This document shows, in pieces, positions 11,350 through 27,749 of a stretch of 64,000 nucleotides of DNA. The stretch is from Octopus sinensis (lineage: Eukaryota). The notes beneath the pieces were generated by a model that was not told where the DNA came from, searched no databases, and was given only the letters and a program-made list of their open reading frames with translations. Positions within the stretch are counted from its first letter, which is position 1. Each line of letters starts with the position of its first letter. The position numbers and the translations under genes were made by a program. Where the stretch lies: positions 1-64,000 of the forward strand of contig NW_021832606.1 of the NCBI RefSeq assembly GCF_006345805.1, written 5' to 3'.

Positions 11350-12640
11350 AACAACCGAAATCTCCTCAAGGCCTCGCTATCTCTCAATGATCTTGTTTTT
11401 TAAATCAGAGTGATTTCCCGATAAATCCCGAGGTCTCTACCGTAATCGGCATGAAAGGGTGATCTTTTGATGAATATTCAACGGAGACTACTTTATTTAT
11501 AGAGGAGTGTCCCCACGTCTTATTAAGATGCTACGGAGGGTTGAGTTTATTAGCAGTTAATAGAGGGTGTGATCTGCTGGTCGTCGCTTCCCTTCCCCAG
11601 ACAAGTAGTGTTCACACACCTGCTTCCGATTAGACAAATTTTGTTGTCTTACTAATGCACTCGTCTAACCAAAACTTTTATTTAAAGTACGACTCAGAAA
11701 CAGTTTTATTGCTTTTGGGGTGACCAGAGTTGTGAAGTATCATTTTGAACATTTTATCAACGTATAGTTTGTTATTGTTGTAGTACTCCTCTCTGCTTTT
11801 TGCAGTGTCACTACAATTACTCACAGACATACATCTGCTGGGTGATGTCACGCACTTTATTTCCCTGTTTTCTGCTATGTTTCAACTCGTCTCTCAATTC
11901 GCGTATTTTCTGACGAATTTTCATTTGGCTCTCCTCATTGTCCGACTCTAACTCCGCCATTTTGGATGCCAGCCGGTCTCTTTCCTTCCTGGTCCTGATT
12001 TCGTCTTCTCGTAAACTATTGAGTTTCTTTCTGTGCCACATTTGAGAGCGTTGGATTGCATTCTATTTATGCCCGTATCCATGGAATATACCACACCACT
12101 ATTCTTGGTTGACTGGTTATTTTATTGGTCATTAATCATGTGCTTGATCAAGTGAGGACAGAGGTTGGCTTCCGCCTTTATTTATATGAAATCAAAGACC
12201 GCCGTCAGTCCTGGGATTCCCTCAAGCAAACATACCAAATCCAAAAAGATGAAGCATAGCTAACAACATTGAGACACCACAGTCTCTCCAGAATAGTAGA
12301 AGGCCAGCAAAAGTGCCCCATCATCCTCGACTTTCGGGGAGGACATTGTCAAAGAAATCTGTCGGAGGAACAAATGTTGTCCCACTCTCTCTTTATGCTA
12401 GTATTTAACCAGATTTGTTGAGCGCTGATCTGGCCGATATTACACAGGATGACTAAGCACCTTCTTTTCGAAAAAGGAAAAAGGGAAACTTCCCTGTCCA
12501 ACTGGTGTGCTCCCGAGAAACTATCCTTATTAAATGGCAATAGAATATTCTGTTGACCTCATACCTTAGAGTAGAACGTCTCCTTTCTCGCGTTAATGTC
12601 TGACCTCATATCCCTGGCTATATAATGCTAGTTTATCGTA
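11350..12640 (-). CDS. Putative multi-exon coiled-coil protein, unknown family
   Basis: ORF 11817..12041 is strongly heptad and charged (REDEIRTRKERDRLASKMAELESDNEESQMKIRQKIRELRDELK). Flanking GC-richer blocks have GT-AG mini-introns. Boundaries are approximate. Confidence 0.4.
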
Positions 12641-12688
12641 ACAATTAGCAGAAGAGTTTATTAAATAAATTGAAAATATAAAAAATCA

Positions 12689-13559
12689 TCATTGAGAAGG
12701 ACGACAGACAACGTGAAGAAATCCGTCTGGGTAGAGCATATTCTCAACCAACCACCGAATACTCACAGTGAGGGGGACGATTACTCCGTGAATCAACCAA
12801 TCCAGACCTTCCCCCTCCAACTGGACTAAAAATAGTCACAACTAGTCTACAAGTCCGGATAATCTCCCCAAATGTAGACTCATCGATGCGATGGGAGATC
12901 TGTCGGTACTCATCCCTCCCCGTCTACTCTCTCTCCACACCACCAACCCTGTAAACTCGGAGGGGCACCCGAGAAGTGGAATGGTCGACAGTCCTAATCT
13001 GCCGAGCCAGTGTGTTGTACCCTCCAAAATCACCTGGAAATAAAGACAGACAACCAACCCTGCAGAAGGCAGTGCCACAACTGACTCTTGTCGTTGAAGG
13101 TCATTCTGTTTTGGACAGCGAAGGTGTCTAGAAGGCAGGCAGCCTCTTTGAGTGTGTGGAAATACAGTCGGCTCATTGCCTCGTCGGACTGGACGTAGAT
13201 TATGTTGGCCAGTGGGTAGTTCTGGAATACTCGGAGACCACCACCTCCACATGCAGTCGGAGACTCCACACGGTGGATCCGCCGTACAGGTCGTGGAGGA
13301 GACCGGTCGGGTAGTCCCAGCGGATTGCCCTCCCTTTCCATTCCAGCCACATTTGCTTGGAATATTCCTTCAATTTGTCTTCTCTGATGGAATGGAAAAA
13401 GTGGGAGAGCAGTTCCTTCTTGAGGAGGACGAGGTAGGACACTCGGGGGAGAAGAGCAATGTAGGGAAGGCACATCTTGGACTCGACTTGGTTGCTGAGG
13501 TTGATAGAAACTGTAATTCTCTGATTCCAAATTTCTGTTTGTATTTCAGTGGAGTCCAT
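12689..13559 (-). CDS. ATG5: Autophagy protein 5, multi-exon
   Basis: EIWNQRI..PYIALLPRVSYL..WLEWKGRAIRWDYPTGLLHDL, LKEAACL, VPLRVY, C-terminal LIHGVIVPLTVSIRWLVENMLYPDGFLHVV. Confidence 0.93.
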
Positions 13560-13637
13560 TTTTGGTCAAACTAGATAAACCGAATAAATTATATTTATTT
13601 AAAAATATATTAATAACATTATATTAAACTCGTGGTG

Positions 13638-16600
13638 ATGGATAGACTGCTCTATGCAATTTCTCTCCTCAGAAACGAGGAGACCGACGAGGACATTGAT
13701 CCCCGTTTTTTCCGTCGTTCGCCCAATTCCTGGCACTCCTTCTCCACTCACCTGAGAATGTCCTCGTTATTCGACCGCACATTCCTGGAAAGGGCACTCA
13801 GGGACATACTCAATGTGGCACATCAAAGTTAGTTCAGTCATTTCAAATTAGTTTCCACCAACCAAGTCGAGCAAGTGGCACTATTTATTGCCCACAGTCT
13901 GTGGACCGTCGACTTTCTCTCTCCACAAGTTCTCCTCTCAATCAACCAGAATGAGTATATCCACCACGTCTCCGCCAAACAACTCGAATCTATTTTTAAG
14001 GACATCCAAGTCCTCAGAAAATGTCCACTTCCAGCCTCAAATGGACCGAATCCCACAAGTAAGGTCACTGACCAACCCAGTCGAGACCGGACTGAGGGAC
14101 CGCACCTTCCACGTGACCGACATTGGTCTCAGTTCGGAGTCGGAAGAGTCGGGGACGGAAAACTGCGGAAAAGGGTGGCTGAGGTCGTCGCTCGAGGAGT
14201 TCAAAAACGTCGACTTTTCCGCGGAGGAACTCCACGGTTTGGTGATTGGTATTCTCTCGTCGACGGAAAACGTGGAGGAAATACAAAATCACGTTTTTTG
14301 AGATATATTTTGGTAGTTGTTTGATCTGTTGGGGTTTGAGGGGTTTGATTTGATTGTGAGAATTATCTCAAATCGTGATTCTCTCGTCAGTCCCCCTGAA
14401 GCTGTTTCCAGAACTAAAAAAACCAAAAAACCCATCAAATCCCAGCCAAAAAACAAGCAAACTTGTTCGACCATTCCTTCACTCCTCGAAATCCGGTTTT
14501 CCTGTTTTGAATATTCCAGAAAGTACATTTCCCAGACAGGCCAGGTGTGTCTGCCGAATGTGTTCGATTCGAATGTCTACCAACAAAACGACCTCGTTTG
14601 TCCATGTGGTAAAACTGACAGAAACTGCCCGTTTCGTCAGTCCATCGAAACACTGAGAAATACGAACGTTTTGACGTGTTTCCCCCCGAATCAGCCGGGA
14701 AGGACCAATTTTCAATAACGAATGTTCCACGGCTGTTGATAGAGGACTTGGATGATGTATTGGACGAGTGTGACTCCCAGATGGTGCAGAGGGCATTCCA
14801 GGGAGTGCCAGCTCTCAACTGCATTCAGTCGACTGTCTTTGAGACTGTGATGAACAGTCAGGAGAATGTGCTCATTTCTGCCCCCACGGGAGCTGGAAAG
14901 ACCAACATTGCCCTGTTGGCCATCCTCAGTAGACTCAGGGATCACATAAATCACCGGAAACTGCCCATCGAGGATTTAAAAGTGGTCTACATCGCCCCAA
15001 TGAAGGCCTTGGCTTCCGAGATTACTGCCAAATTCGCAGATCGACTAACCCCGTTTGGATTGTCAGTCCGCGAGTTGACAGGAGACATGCAACTGACGAG
15101 GAAAGAAGTGTCTTTGACTCAGGTGTTGTCCAAATGTGGATATTCAGGTATTTGTGGTCACCCCGGAGAAACTGGACGTGGTGTCGCGGAAGGACGTGGA
15201 CATTGGAATGACGGACAGTCTCTCTATTCTCTCCAAAATGACTCTCCTTGTCATCGACGAACTTCAACTACTGGCGGACACTCGTGGATCAGTTTTGGAG
15301 ACACTCGTCGCCAGAATTCTACGACTGGTGGAGAGCAGTCAGCGTGTGATCAGGATTGTGGGACTGTCGGCCACTCTCCCCAACTATTTGGACATTGCTT
15401 CCTTTCTGCGAGTCAATTTTAGTAGTGGACTGTTCGTGTTTGATGGGAGGTTTCGTCCTGTGCCCCTCACGCAGTCCCTCGTGGGGGTCAAGACGCATTT
15501 TCCCCGAGAGACTGAGAAGAATATAAACCACATCTGTTTTAACGAAGTCACTCGTTTTGTGGGGGGAGGCCATCAGGTTGGGCAGTGGATATACCCAAGG
15601 TCATGGTTTTTGTCACTTCGAGGAACGGAACTGTCAAAACAGCCACCACTCTTCTGGAAATGGCCGAAACTGGAGGCCAGACTGGGCTGTTCGTTGTCCC
15701 TCCGTCTCCAGCACTTGCCCTGGCCATTAAACACGTAGAGGCTAATCTGGACTTGTTAGATGGACAAGTCTCGAATGAGTGAACTTGGTCGTCTGTTCCG
15801 AGCTGGGTTTGCAGTCCACCACGCGGGGATGAGTCGTTCTGACCGAAATGCAGTAGAAAAGTACTTTCGAGAAGGACTGGTGAAATGTCTCGTGTGCACT
15901 GCCACGTTAGCTTGGGGAGTCAATTTGCCTGCCCACGCTGTCATCATCAAGGTTGAGAGACCTGCCTTGAGTGGAAGGGAACTAACATTTATGACTCAAA
16001 GTCGAGTTCCTTTGTGGACATGAGTGTTCTGGATGTCCTGCAGATATTCGGGAGAGCAGGGAGGCCTCAGTACGACGAGTCCGGACAGGGGATACTCATC
16101 ACTGAACACTCCTCACTCTCCTCCTACCTGCAGGTGGTTGGGGCCAACTCCCCCATCGAAAGTCGTTTCCTCGAGACAATCGACGACAATTTGAACGCAG
16201 AAGTATTGAATGTGTCCAAAGGGGACTAGATTGTGTTGGGGACAGTCACCAATGTCAGTGAAGCCATTCAGTGGCTTAAATACAGCTATTTCTACGTCCG
16301 TCTTCTGGCCAATCCCACCGTCTATGGAGCTTCCTATGCCCAGTTGCTGGTTGTCTCCTGTCCTCAACTCAGATGGACAACACACTGTCGGACCACTGCA
16401 GACAAATCATCACCAAGGCAGGACACTCTCTGGACGGAGCTCAAATGATTCGATTCGACGAGGTGCACTCTTATTTCTTTTCGACTGATTTGGGGCGGAC
16501 TGCCTCCCATCTGTACATCAGCACTGCCACTATTCGAGTAGAGTTGGCAGTTCAGTGTAGATCATCAATGACACTTTTAATGACAAGGTCGACCAGAAGG

Positions 16601-19600
16601 GGGTTCTTTCCGTCATTGCCTCAGCCACGGAGTTTGACCAGATCAAAGTGAGGGTTGAGGAGTGCGACGAACTGGAAATGTTGGAAAAGTGTTGTCCCTA
16701 CGCTCTCTCCACATCCGCCCTGTCCAAGGAGGGGAAGGTCAACCTGTTGTTGCAGGCCTACATCTGCCAATTTGACCTCAGGACATCTTCTCTCCTTTCA
16801 GACCAACAGTATTGTGTGCAGGTATTGACAGTGGTCGACCTGGAAGAACGCCAGTCGACTAGCCCGGGCACTCTTCGAAGTTGCCGACCGAAATGGTTGG
16901 GCCAACTGTTCGTGGATTGTCCTCTCGTTCGGACAGTGTCTGGATCGAAGGCAGTGGACATTTGAATCCCCTTTGAAACAATTCGACGAGTTGTCCTCCA
17001 CTGTTTTGGGACACATAAGGCGGACCAGACTCGACTATGACCGAATTGAGAGCATGGAAGCAAAGGAGATAGGTTGGGTGGTGTATTGAGGACAGGCGTG
17101 GTCGTGCATAATGTCGACTGTGGTCGGGTAGTCAAACAACTCAACTCGTCATTGCCCATGGTTGAGGTGGAGGCGACAATCCAGCCAATCACCCACACAA
17201 TTCTTCGCATCCGAGTGGACGTCACTCCTTCTTTCCGGTGGAACGACAAGGTGAGTATTCTCCACATGTCCAGTTTCATGGAATAGAGTCGGCTTCCTCT
17301 GAGATATATCAGATTTGGGTGACCGACGTCGAGAGCGACCGTATTTACCACTCGGAGACACTCTGCATTAAAAAGAAGCAAGTCATTTCGAAGGAGGTCG
17401 TCCATTTGGTGTTGACTGTGCCCATATTCGAGCCAATTCCTCCGCAGTACTTTGTGCATGTCGTCTCCAATCGGTGGATTGGGGTGGCCACGACTTGTCC
17501 CGTCTCCTTCGACAAGCTGATTCTCCCAGACTCGTCGTATTCCCACACGGAGTTACTCGACCTCCAGCCACTGCCTGTGACTGCCCTGGGAAATAAGGAA
17601 TTCGAGTCTCTGTACACGTTCAGTCACTACAACCCCATCCAAACACAGGTCTTCCACACAGTCTACCACACCGACCACAATGTGCTTTTGGGGGCACCCA
17701 CTGGCTCGGGGAAGACCAATGTGGCTGAAATGGCCATTTTACGTGTTTTCCGCAAATACCCTTCATGTCAGGTATTCCTTTCACTGTAATATAGTGCGTG
17801 TATATTGCCCCTCTCAAAGCACTTGTCCGAGAGAGATTGGCTGACTGGAGTGGACGAATAGGCCAAAAATTGAACAAGAGGTGGTGATTAGACTGAACAT
17901 TGACAAGGGTGGTGGAATTGACGGGAGACACCAGTCCCGACGGGGATGTCCTGCGACGGGCCGACCTGATTGTGACGACGCCTGAGAAGTGGGACGGGAT
18001 TAGTCGTAGTTGGCAGTGTCGCAGTTATGTCCGGAATGTGGCACTCATTTGCATTGACGAAATACACCTGCTTGGTTGGCTTCTCTGTTTTCCTACTGAA
18101 GGGGAGGAGAGGGGACCAGTCCTCGAAGTCATTTTGTCCCGACTTAATTTTATTGCTCACGAAACACGTCAGAATGTGCGTGTTATTGGTCTGTCGACTG
18201 CCCTGGCTAATGCGATTGACATTGCCACTTGGCTGTCCATCCCCAAACAAGGATTGTTCAACTTCCGGCCTTCCGTCCGTCCAGTCCCCCTGGAAGCACA
18301 CATCTCCGGGTTCCCAGGGAAGCACTACTGTCCTCGCATGGCCTCGATGAACCGAGCCTGTTTCCGGGCCATCCAAGTGCACTCCCCCAACAAGCCTGTC
18401 CTCATTTTTGTGTCCTCTCGGAGACAGACTCGACTGACTGCGTTGGCCTTGGTCTCTCTTCTGGCCTCCGAGTCTGATAACCTTCGATCGTGGCTGCATA
18501 CGTCTGAATCGGAGGTTGTTGGGGAGTTTGTGAGTACTTAGATCGAGTCTCTCAAGGTGGAGGACGCCAACCTAAGTTTAACACTCCCCTTCGGAGTGGG
18601 AATCCACCACGCAGGGTTGGTCACCTCGGATAGGGAATTGACAGAAAGACTGTTTGTTAGTTCAAAAATCCAAGTTTGTGGGATGTTTGATTGGCAGATT
18701 CTCGTGTCGACAGCAACTCTGGCCTGGGGGGTCAACTTCCCGGCACACCTCGTCATTGTGAAGGGGACGGAATACTTTGACGGGGCGACCAAGAAATATG
18801 TCGATTTCCCCGTGACGGACCTCCTCCAGATGATGGGGAGGGCAGGTCGTCCCCAGTTCGACCAGTGTGGAGTCGCCTGTATTTTCGTCCAAGATATCAA
18901 AAAGATTTTTTATAAAAAGTTTTTGTACGATCCTTTCCCGGTCGAGTCAAAGTACTCTTTTTTATGTCACAAAGTCTTTCCGCCGTTCTCCCCGAACATA
19001 TCAATGCAGAGGTCGTGGCAGGGACAGTTCGTAGTCTTCAAGAAGGAGTTGACTTTCTGACCTGGACGTACTTTTACCGTCGAATTCTGAGCAACCCAAA
19101 GTTGTTGTTCTTTGGCTATTCAAGTTATTATGATCTGAATTCGGTCGAGCCGGAGAACGTGAGTTCCCACTTGTCCCAACTGGTGGAGACGTCTGTGTCG
19201 ACTCTGTGTTGTCATCATTGCGTGGAAGTGGACGAGGAGGGAGGGTATTCCCCTCTCCCGGCGGGGTCGATCTGCTCGTTCTACTACCTGGACCACCGGA
19301 CGATGGGCATGTTCGTGGAGAATGTGGTGGAAGACATGTCCTTTGACTGTCTCATATACACTCTCTCGGTTGGCTTCTTTCACTCACACATAAAGATGGC
19401 CAAAGAGTTTGATGAGATTCCAGTGAGACATAACGAGGATAAACTCAATGCTGAGTTGGCCGGGGAGTTGTCGTTGAGTGTGAAAGACCCAGAATCCCCC
19501 AACACGAAGGCCTTTCTCCTCCTCCACGCCCATTTGACTCGACATTGCTTTTCCTGCGTGGATTACGTGACGGATTGCAGGACAGTGGTCGATCAGACTA

Positions 19601-20313
19601 TTCGAATTCTACAAGCTCTTATTGACTGGTCTGTCCACGAGGGGTACGTTCTAACCACCCTTCGTTCTATTCTTCTTATTCAGTTGATTGTCCAAGCACT
19701 GGTGCCATACGAGAGGAGTATTCTGAGTATTCCCAACATTGATCATTCGAATGTCGCCTTTTTCATGTTTGTCATTCCATTCATTACTTCTAGGCAGTGT
19801 TTCAAAGGAAGAACTGAACTGCCTATTCTGTTTGAGTGTTTAAAGACAGACCGACATCATTTTGTCGAGTTGGTGGGCAATTGTTTGTCTCAAAGCAAAT
19901 GTGTCAAGGCAATCGAGTTCATCGAGCGCCTCCCAATTGTGGAGACAATCATACGAGTGAATAACACTCCACTGATGGAGGGAGGAGTGTCTGTTGTACA
20001 TGGAGACGAGTGTGTTCTCCGTGTTAAACTTTATAACATTAACCGACTTGTATTTTCTGTCATATTGACTGTAGGTTCCTGGGTTGGAGATGTTTAGTCC
20101 TCGCATCGGTAAGCCAAAGAGTGGTGGCTGGTTTCTTTTATTAGTGGATGGAACGAGGGGGACTGTTCTCGATGTGTTAAACGGGAGAGGTATGTCAGTG
20201 AAACAGCCTCGGTTATGTTTACTGTCAAGAATAAGCATTCTGTCTTGTACGTATTGAGTGATACTTTTGTGGGGATTGACCAGCAGTATGATATATTCGT
20301 GGAGTATCACTAG
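13638..20313 (+). CDS. ASCC3: ASCC3 (Slh1/HELIC1) double-cassette Ski2-like helicase, many mini-introns
   Basis: Two helicase cassettes (APTGAGKT and APTGSGKT) with Sec63 domains. ASCC3-type strings: [52 protein letters not shown]; ends [18 protein letters not shown]. Confidence 0.93.
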
Positions 20314-20614
20314 TTGTGACTTATCATTTATATTACATTTACTTGCTTTCTTTGTATTTAGAGCTGGCCTTAGCATTATATCTGAGAATTTAGGTTTGCC
20401 ACTTGGAAAACTGGTAGACTATTTTGCTCAAATTGTATTAAAATTCACCAAAATCCAATTTTAATGAGATATTTTCACCAAAAATCTAAAAACTTTCTTT
20501 TAAAATAAATGTTTATAAATGTTGCTACACTATTGACACGCCTTTTTAACTTTCAGCCTCCCAAAGGATAAAAAAGCAATTAAGTTGAATTTCAATTTCT
20601 GAAACGAGTGGTGT

Positions 20615-20720
20615 CATAGGTTTCTTTCTGAGATCGGAGCAAGGATTTTTACCAAGAGTTATGATCTTCGTAAAATCAAAGCGTTGTCCCAAAAAATTCA
20701 GTTACAATTCTTTGGAGTAA
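20615..20720 (+). mobile_element. Possible CRE-like 3' tail remnant
   Basis: Frame reads FLSEIGARIFTKSYDLRKIKALSQKIQ, resembling the CRE C-terminal FLSEIG..I...D.R...L.QRIS pattern. Confidence 0.3.
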
Positions 20721-20883
20721 TTCAAGCTTATCTTTTCGCAAACTCCATCTTTAATACTTATATTATTCAATTAATTAGTTAATAAGTTCCAAAAAATATT
20801 TAAATGGTATTAAAAACAATAAAAAGAATTTATTTACAAGTATGATTTGTATTTAAATTACTAATTGCCACGGTGTGAACAAA

Positions 20884-23619
<2,736 letters not shown>

Positions 23620-24655
23620 ATTTTTCAAGATTATAAATAAGATTATAATGAGTATTTCGTGATTCGCGTTGTTAATTTTAGGAATACTCCTTATATTTTC
23701 TAAGATATAACATCCGCCTGGAATCTGTCATTTGAACTATATTTATTTCAAAATAATTTTAATACCTCGGAAAATTTAAAAATTTCAGTCTTTTAATTTG
23801 CTGAATAATTGGGAGTTTCATATGGAAATAGAATTCACTACACTTTTTACCAAGTTTTGTATTCCCCAGTGACATTTTTGGCGAATAGAATTTGTCAGTC
23901 TTCATCTTATTTTATTGTTCAATCAGATAGCTAATTTTTGTTTAGGTTATTGGATAAATACTTTAGTTAAGTGTAGTAAATATACCGATCATCAATAGTT
24001 ATAAATTGATTCGCTTTTTTCATATGTTTATATTTTTCGGATTTAAATGTATTTGTTACTGGTTGGGGCAGTAGTACAAGATTTTAGTATTTACTATCAT
24101 TTTCAAGTTACCTAAGGATAGAAATTATAAATATATAACATCATTTTCTTAAAATGAATTATTTGCCTTTATGCCAAGTGAGAAAGTTGCCACACTGGTC
24201 GCCAAAATAGAGACAAGACTATTAGCATGGTTTGAAAATGGAAATAAATTTGCTTACTTGGGATAGAAAAGAAACTAAGGCAAGGTTTCTAACAAGTGGA
24301 TTGTTCTAAATACAAGTTCTTGTGAGGTTATAAAGTCCCAAAGACAACAGTCCTGCCCCATATCGTTAGGAACGGGCATCCACGACACCCGATCAAACAA
24401 CATGCTTTTCCAAACTATTATAATTTTCCGAATAGTGAAAATAGATGATCTCAGATTAAACACTGAATAAAAAACACGTAACCACAATTTGCACAGTCAA
24501 GAATAAATTAGAATTTAAAAGATTATATAAATTTGTTGAATACAATATATATTTTACTCTAAATTAAATTTTTATAATTAAATATAACTTTCTCGTTTAA
24601 ATAAAATCATTAAATTAAAACGTGCAGTTATTGTGTTGTCAGCCTATAACAAAAA

Positions 24656-26535
24656 ATGGAAAAACTGCAAAAAAAGAGAATCAAAAATTCAAAAAAGGAT
24701 AACAATCTCCAAGTAAAAAGAAATTCAAATCGGAGTGATGATCTAGTATGCTGATTAAACCATTTTTCCAGAACAACTTTATCACAATGTGCAATGACTT
24801 TTACGCAGCTTCCAACAACAAAATGGAGAACAAAAACGACTGCAATTATGAAGGTCGTCACAATAAACTTATTAAAGATTCTAATGAGGAGATAGTTGCC
24901 CGAATAATCCACAAAATCTACCCTTTGGCAGTAAAACTGTTCAAAATCGACACATTTTATGAGCACATGAACATTAACAACCTCAAATCCTTGCTGACCA
25001 GGTCCTCGGGGGTCAGGGATGCTCTCAAATCCTACCTATCCGCCATAATCTCGGTAAAATAACCAATAACACAAAAGCTAATGGAAAACTCGAAAAATAA
25101 TGAGAATTTGGAAGTCTATTTAAAACATTGCTGGCAATTTTCTTGTTTTTTTGTAATTTTCAAAAAACTGCCTGATTTATTGCTTAAAGTGAGGATAATC
25201 GGTTTATTTTAGATTGTTGTTAACTTTTGGGGGACCATCGACGTGGAAGCCGTCAGAGTTCGAGCATTCTTGTTGGGACATCGCCTCGTCCGCCTCGGAA
25301 ACCAAGACTTTTGTAAAAAAGCCTTAAAAGTATATAAAACACAAAAAAGTAGAAATTTACGGCATGTTATGTTCAAAACAGTAAATTTGTAAATGAACGT
25401 TCCCTTCCCTTCATCAATTTCATGATGAGGTCCCTCTGCGAGTTGTTTGCTCTCGATCACGTCCTTGCCTATCAGTATACATTCGTGTATGTCAGACAAA
25501 TGGCAATCAGACTGCGGACTGCTACAATTGGCCACGACTCAGTTTATTGGTCGTTTTATTTGGTAGAAAGATCTTGAGGTTGTCCGTGGTTGGCAATTTG
25601 TGTGTTCTCTCCGTCTTTGGACTCGAGTTGTGTCTTGTTGGTGTTCGGCTAAAGTCTCGTCCAGTCAGGAAATGAAACTGTTAGTGCACCCATTAGTTCA
25701 GATCATAACTTGTACTATAAAGTAAGGTCAGTGTGATCTACCAGGCTGTTCAATTCTGTTCGTTATGTGCCACTGAGGTTACATTTGGTGGATTTACTGA
25801 ATGAACTAAGCAGAGCGAGTGGGTTGTTTATTCCAACCCTCGGACTTGTTTTGGAGGTATTTCTTGTGTTGGATGTGAGGTGTTTGATTTGGTCGATTTT
25901 AATAAACGGCAATCAAGTTCGTCGGTCAAGAAATTTGATTTGTGTGGAATGATTCATTTTTCTGACCAACAAATGAAAGAAAAGGTGTTTTTGGAGTGTA
26001 TTGCCGACTGCATTGAGATGGGGATTGTTGAGTCTCTTCACATCCACCAACAGTCCATGGGATTCCCCGAATTGGTTGTTCCTTTGACGATGAAGGTTAT
26101 TCCGTGTTTTTACGAATTAGATTCGGAAATTTTTGAAGAGATGTCGTGTTCCCAACTATTTCCGTCGAATAAAAAGCTTGCTTGGGAAAATTGAGGAGAA
26201 CTCGTCCTTTATTGCACACAGACGGTCGTCTAAACCTCGATTTGATGTCAGGATTGATTTTTATTTGTAGAGTGATAATACATTGGTCGAATTGAGTCCT
26301 TTTTCTACTTTTTATGAGCAATGGAAGAAGGAACGTGGCGATAAAGCTCACGATTTTGATGAAAAGAAATTGGTTTTCCATTATCTGTAATCAGCAGACT
26401 CGTTTTGAGAAGCAAGTCACGGGGAAGAGGAAAGTGGGTGGTAATACCTCTCTTTCTACAAGAAATAAGAAGGCTAAATTAGATGTTAAGTTGGAGTTGA
26501 ATGATTCTGATATTTTGGTGAATATTAAAGAATAA
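24656..26535 (+). CDS. NOC2L: Nucleolar complex protein 2 homolog, multi-exon
   Basis: AYQYTFVYVRQMAIRLR, WQFVCSLRLWTRV, LVHPLVQII, YVPLRLHLVDLLNELSRASGLFIP and MGFPELVVP match Noc2 domain motifs. The 3' end is approximate. Confidence 0.88.
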
Positions 26536-27095
26536 TTTGCTGTTGCTTTTATTGAACTGCTTCTTTCGAATAGATAGTTGTATTTAACATGTGGGGTGAT
26601 TTTATTTGGCTTTTTCTGTTTTCTGGTTTGAGAGGGAATAATAGTATGATTCATTCAAAAAAAATAAAGAGAATGATCAAACACTCTAGGTACAATGAAT
26701 TTTTCATCATCGTTCTCGACCTTCTCGCTACCTTGACATTTCTAAAGACTCTCTGATCACAGAATGCCGTTTGTCCGTTATATGGATAAAATCAATGACG
26801 TGGCAGCAAACAACTCGGCATTGCTTTAAAATAGTCTGCTTTCATAAAGACTCACTCGTCGTTGAACACCAGAGATCTATCTGTCATATGGGTCTCACGA
26901 TTAATGAGAACCCGAGTTATTTATATCTCAAAATAAAGGAAAAAACCATAACATTCCTCTGTTTCTAAGATATGAATCTGGACCCGAAAATCTTTATTTT
27001 TTCCTATCCCACAGTTCTCTTTCCCAGGCTTCTGTTTGGTCTGGCACTACTCTAAGCAGTACTAGAATATTGGCTCAAAGTGAAAAAAATTGCCG

Positions 27096-27290
27096 TTACT
27101 CGCCGCACTTGAACGGGAAGAGCGAGACGCCGTCCGGCCTCTTGCCATCGCCCCTGTTAAGGCCAGAGGGCTCCAGCTGGCACGGGATGCCGGTTGCCTC
27201 GAGCAGACGCTTTATTATGGAATTAAGCTGTCCGTGCCTGGGGAACCTCCCAGGGCATTTGGGGCAGGAGAGCGGGTGTAGACCTTTGCT
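27096..27290 (-). mobile_element. CRE-like non-LTR endonuclease fragment (GC-rich island)
   Basis: Open frame KGLHPLSCPKCPGRFPRHGQLNSIIKRLLEATGIPCQLEPSGLNRGDGKRPDGVSLFPF: end of the CCHC knuckle plus the RPD motif of a restriction-like endonuclease. Confidence 0.8.
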
Positions 27291-27304
27291 TTTCTAAAAC
27301 AAAA

Positions 27305-27749
27305 ATCTCCAATGTCCACTTCAATTCATAGAACTAAAAAACGACGAAGAACTGAAAATAAAATTTAAAAATGAAAACCTGACACAATTCTGGGGATAAA
27401 AATCTATAAAAATGAAATTCTCGAAATTATGGGAAAAAATGATGCCAATAATATTATGTTTTCCTACGTCATACTGCGTAGAGAGAGGATTCAGCACTCT
27501 GAATAGTATGCTCGGAAAAAAAAGAAACAAACTAAATATAGAAGAAAGAGGCGACATTAGAATTACACTTACGAAAAGAAGTACAAATTTTAAAAAACTT
27601 GTCAATCTTCATCAACCACAAGGATCTCATTAAAACTCTTATTTTTTAAATAAAAATTTTTACTAATGAAATAAGGGGGCGATATAAAAATTGGAGGGGC
27701 GAAAAAAAATCCAAGGGGGCGATACAAAAATAAAGGTTGAGAACCACTG
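27305..27749 (+). mobile_element. hAT (Buster/Charlie) transposon 3' fragment with TIR
   Basis: Dimerisation domain FPTSYCVERGFSTL...KRNKLNIEERGDIRITLT..LHQPQGSH*; GGGGCGA subterminal repeats; ends GGTTGAGAACCACTG. Confidence 0.85.

Noticed and set aside
13152-18499. Long antisense or alternate-frame ORFs overlapping ATG5 and ASCC3
   Set aside because: They are shadows of GC-rich coding sequence with no independent motifs; the same applies to 57667..58999 over RTCB.
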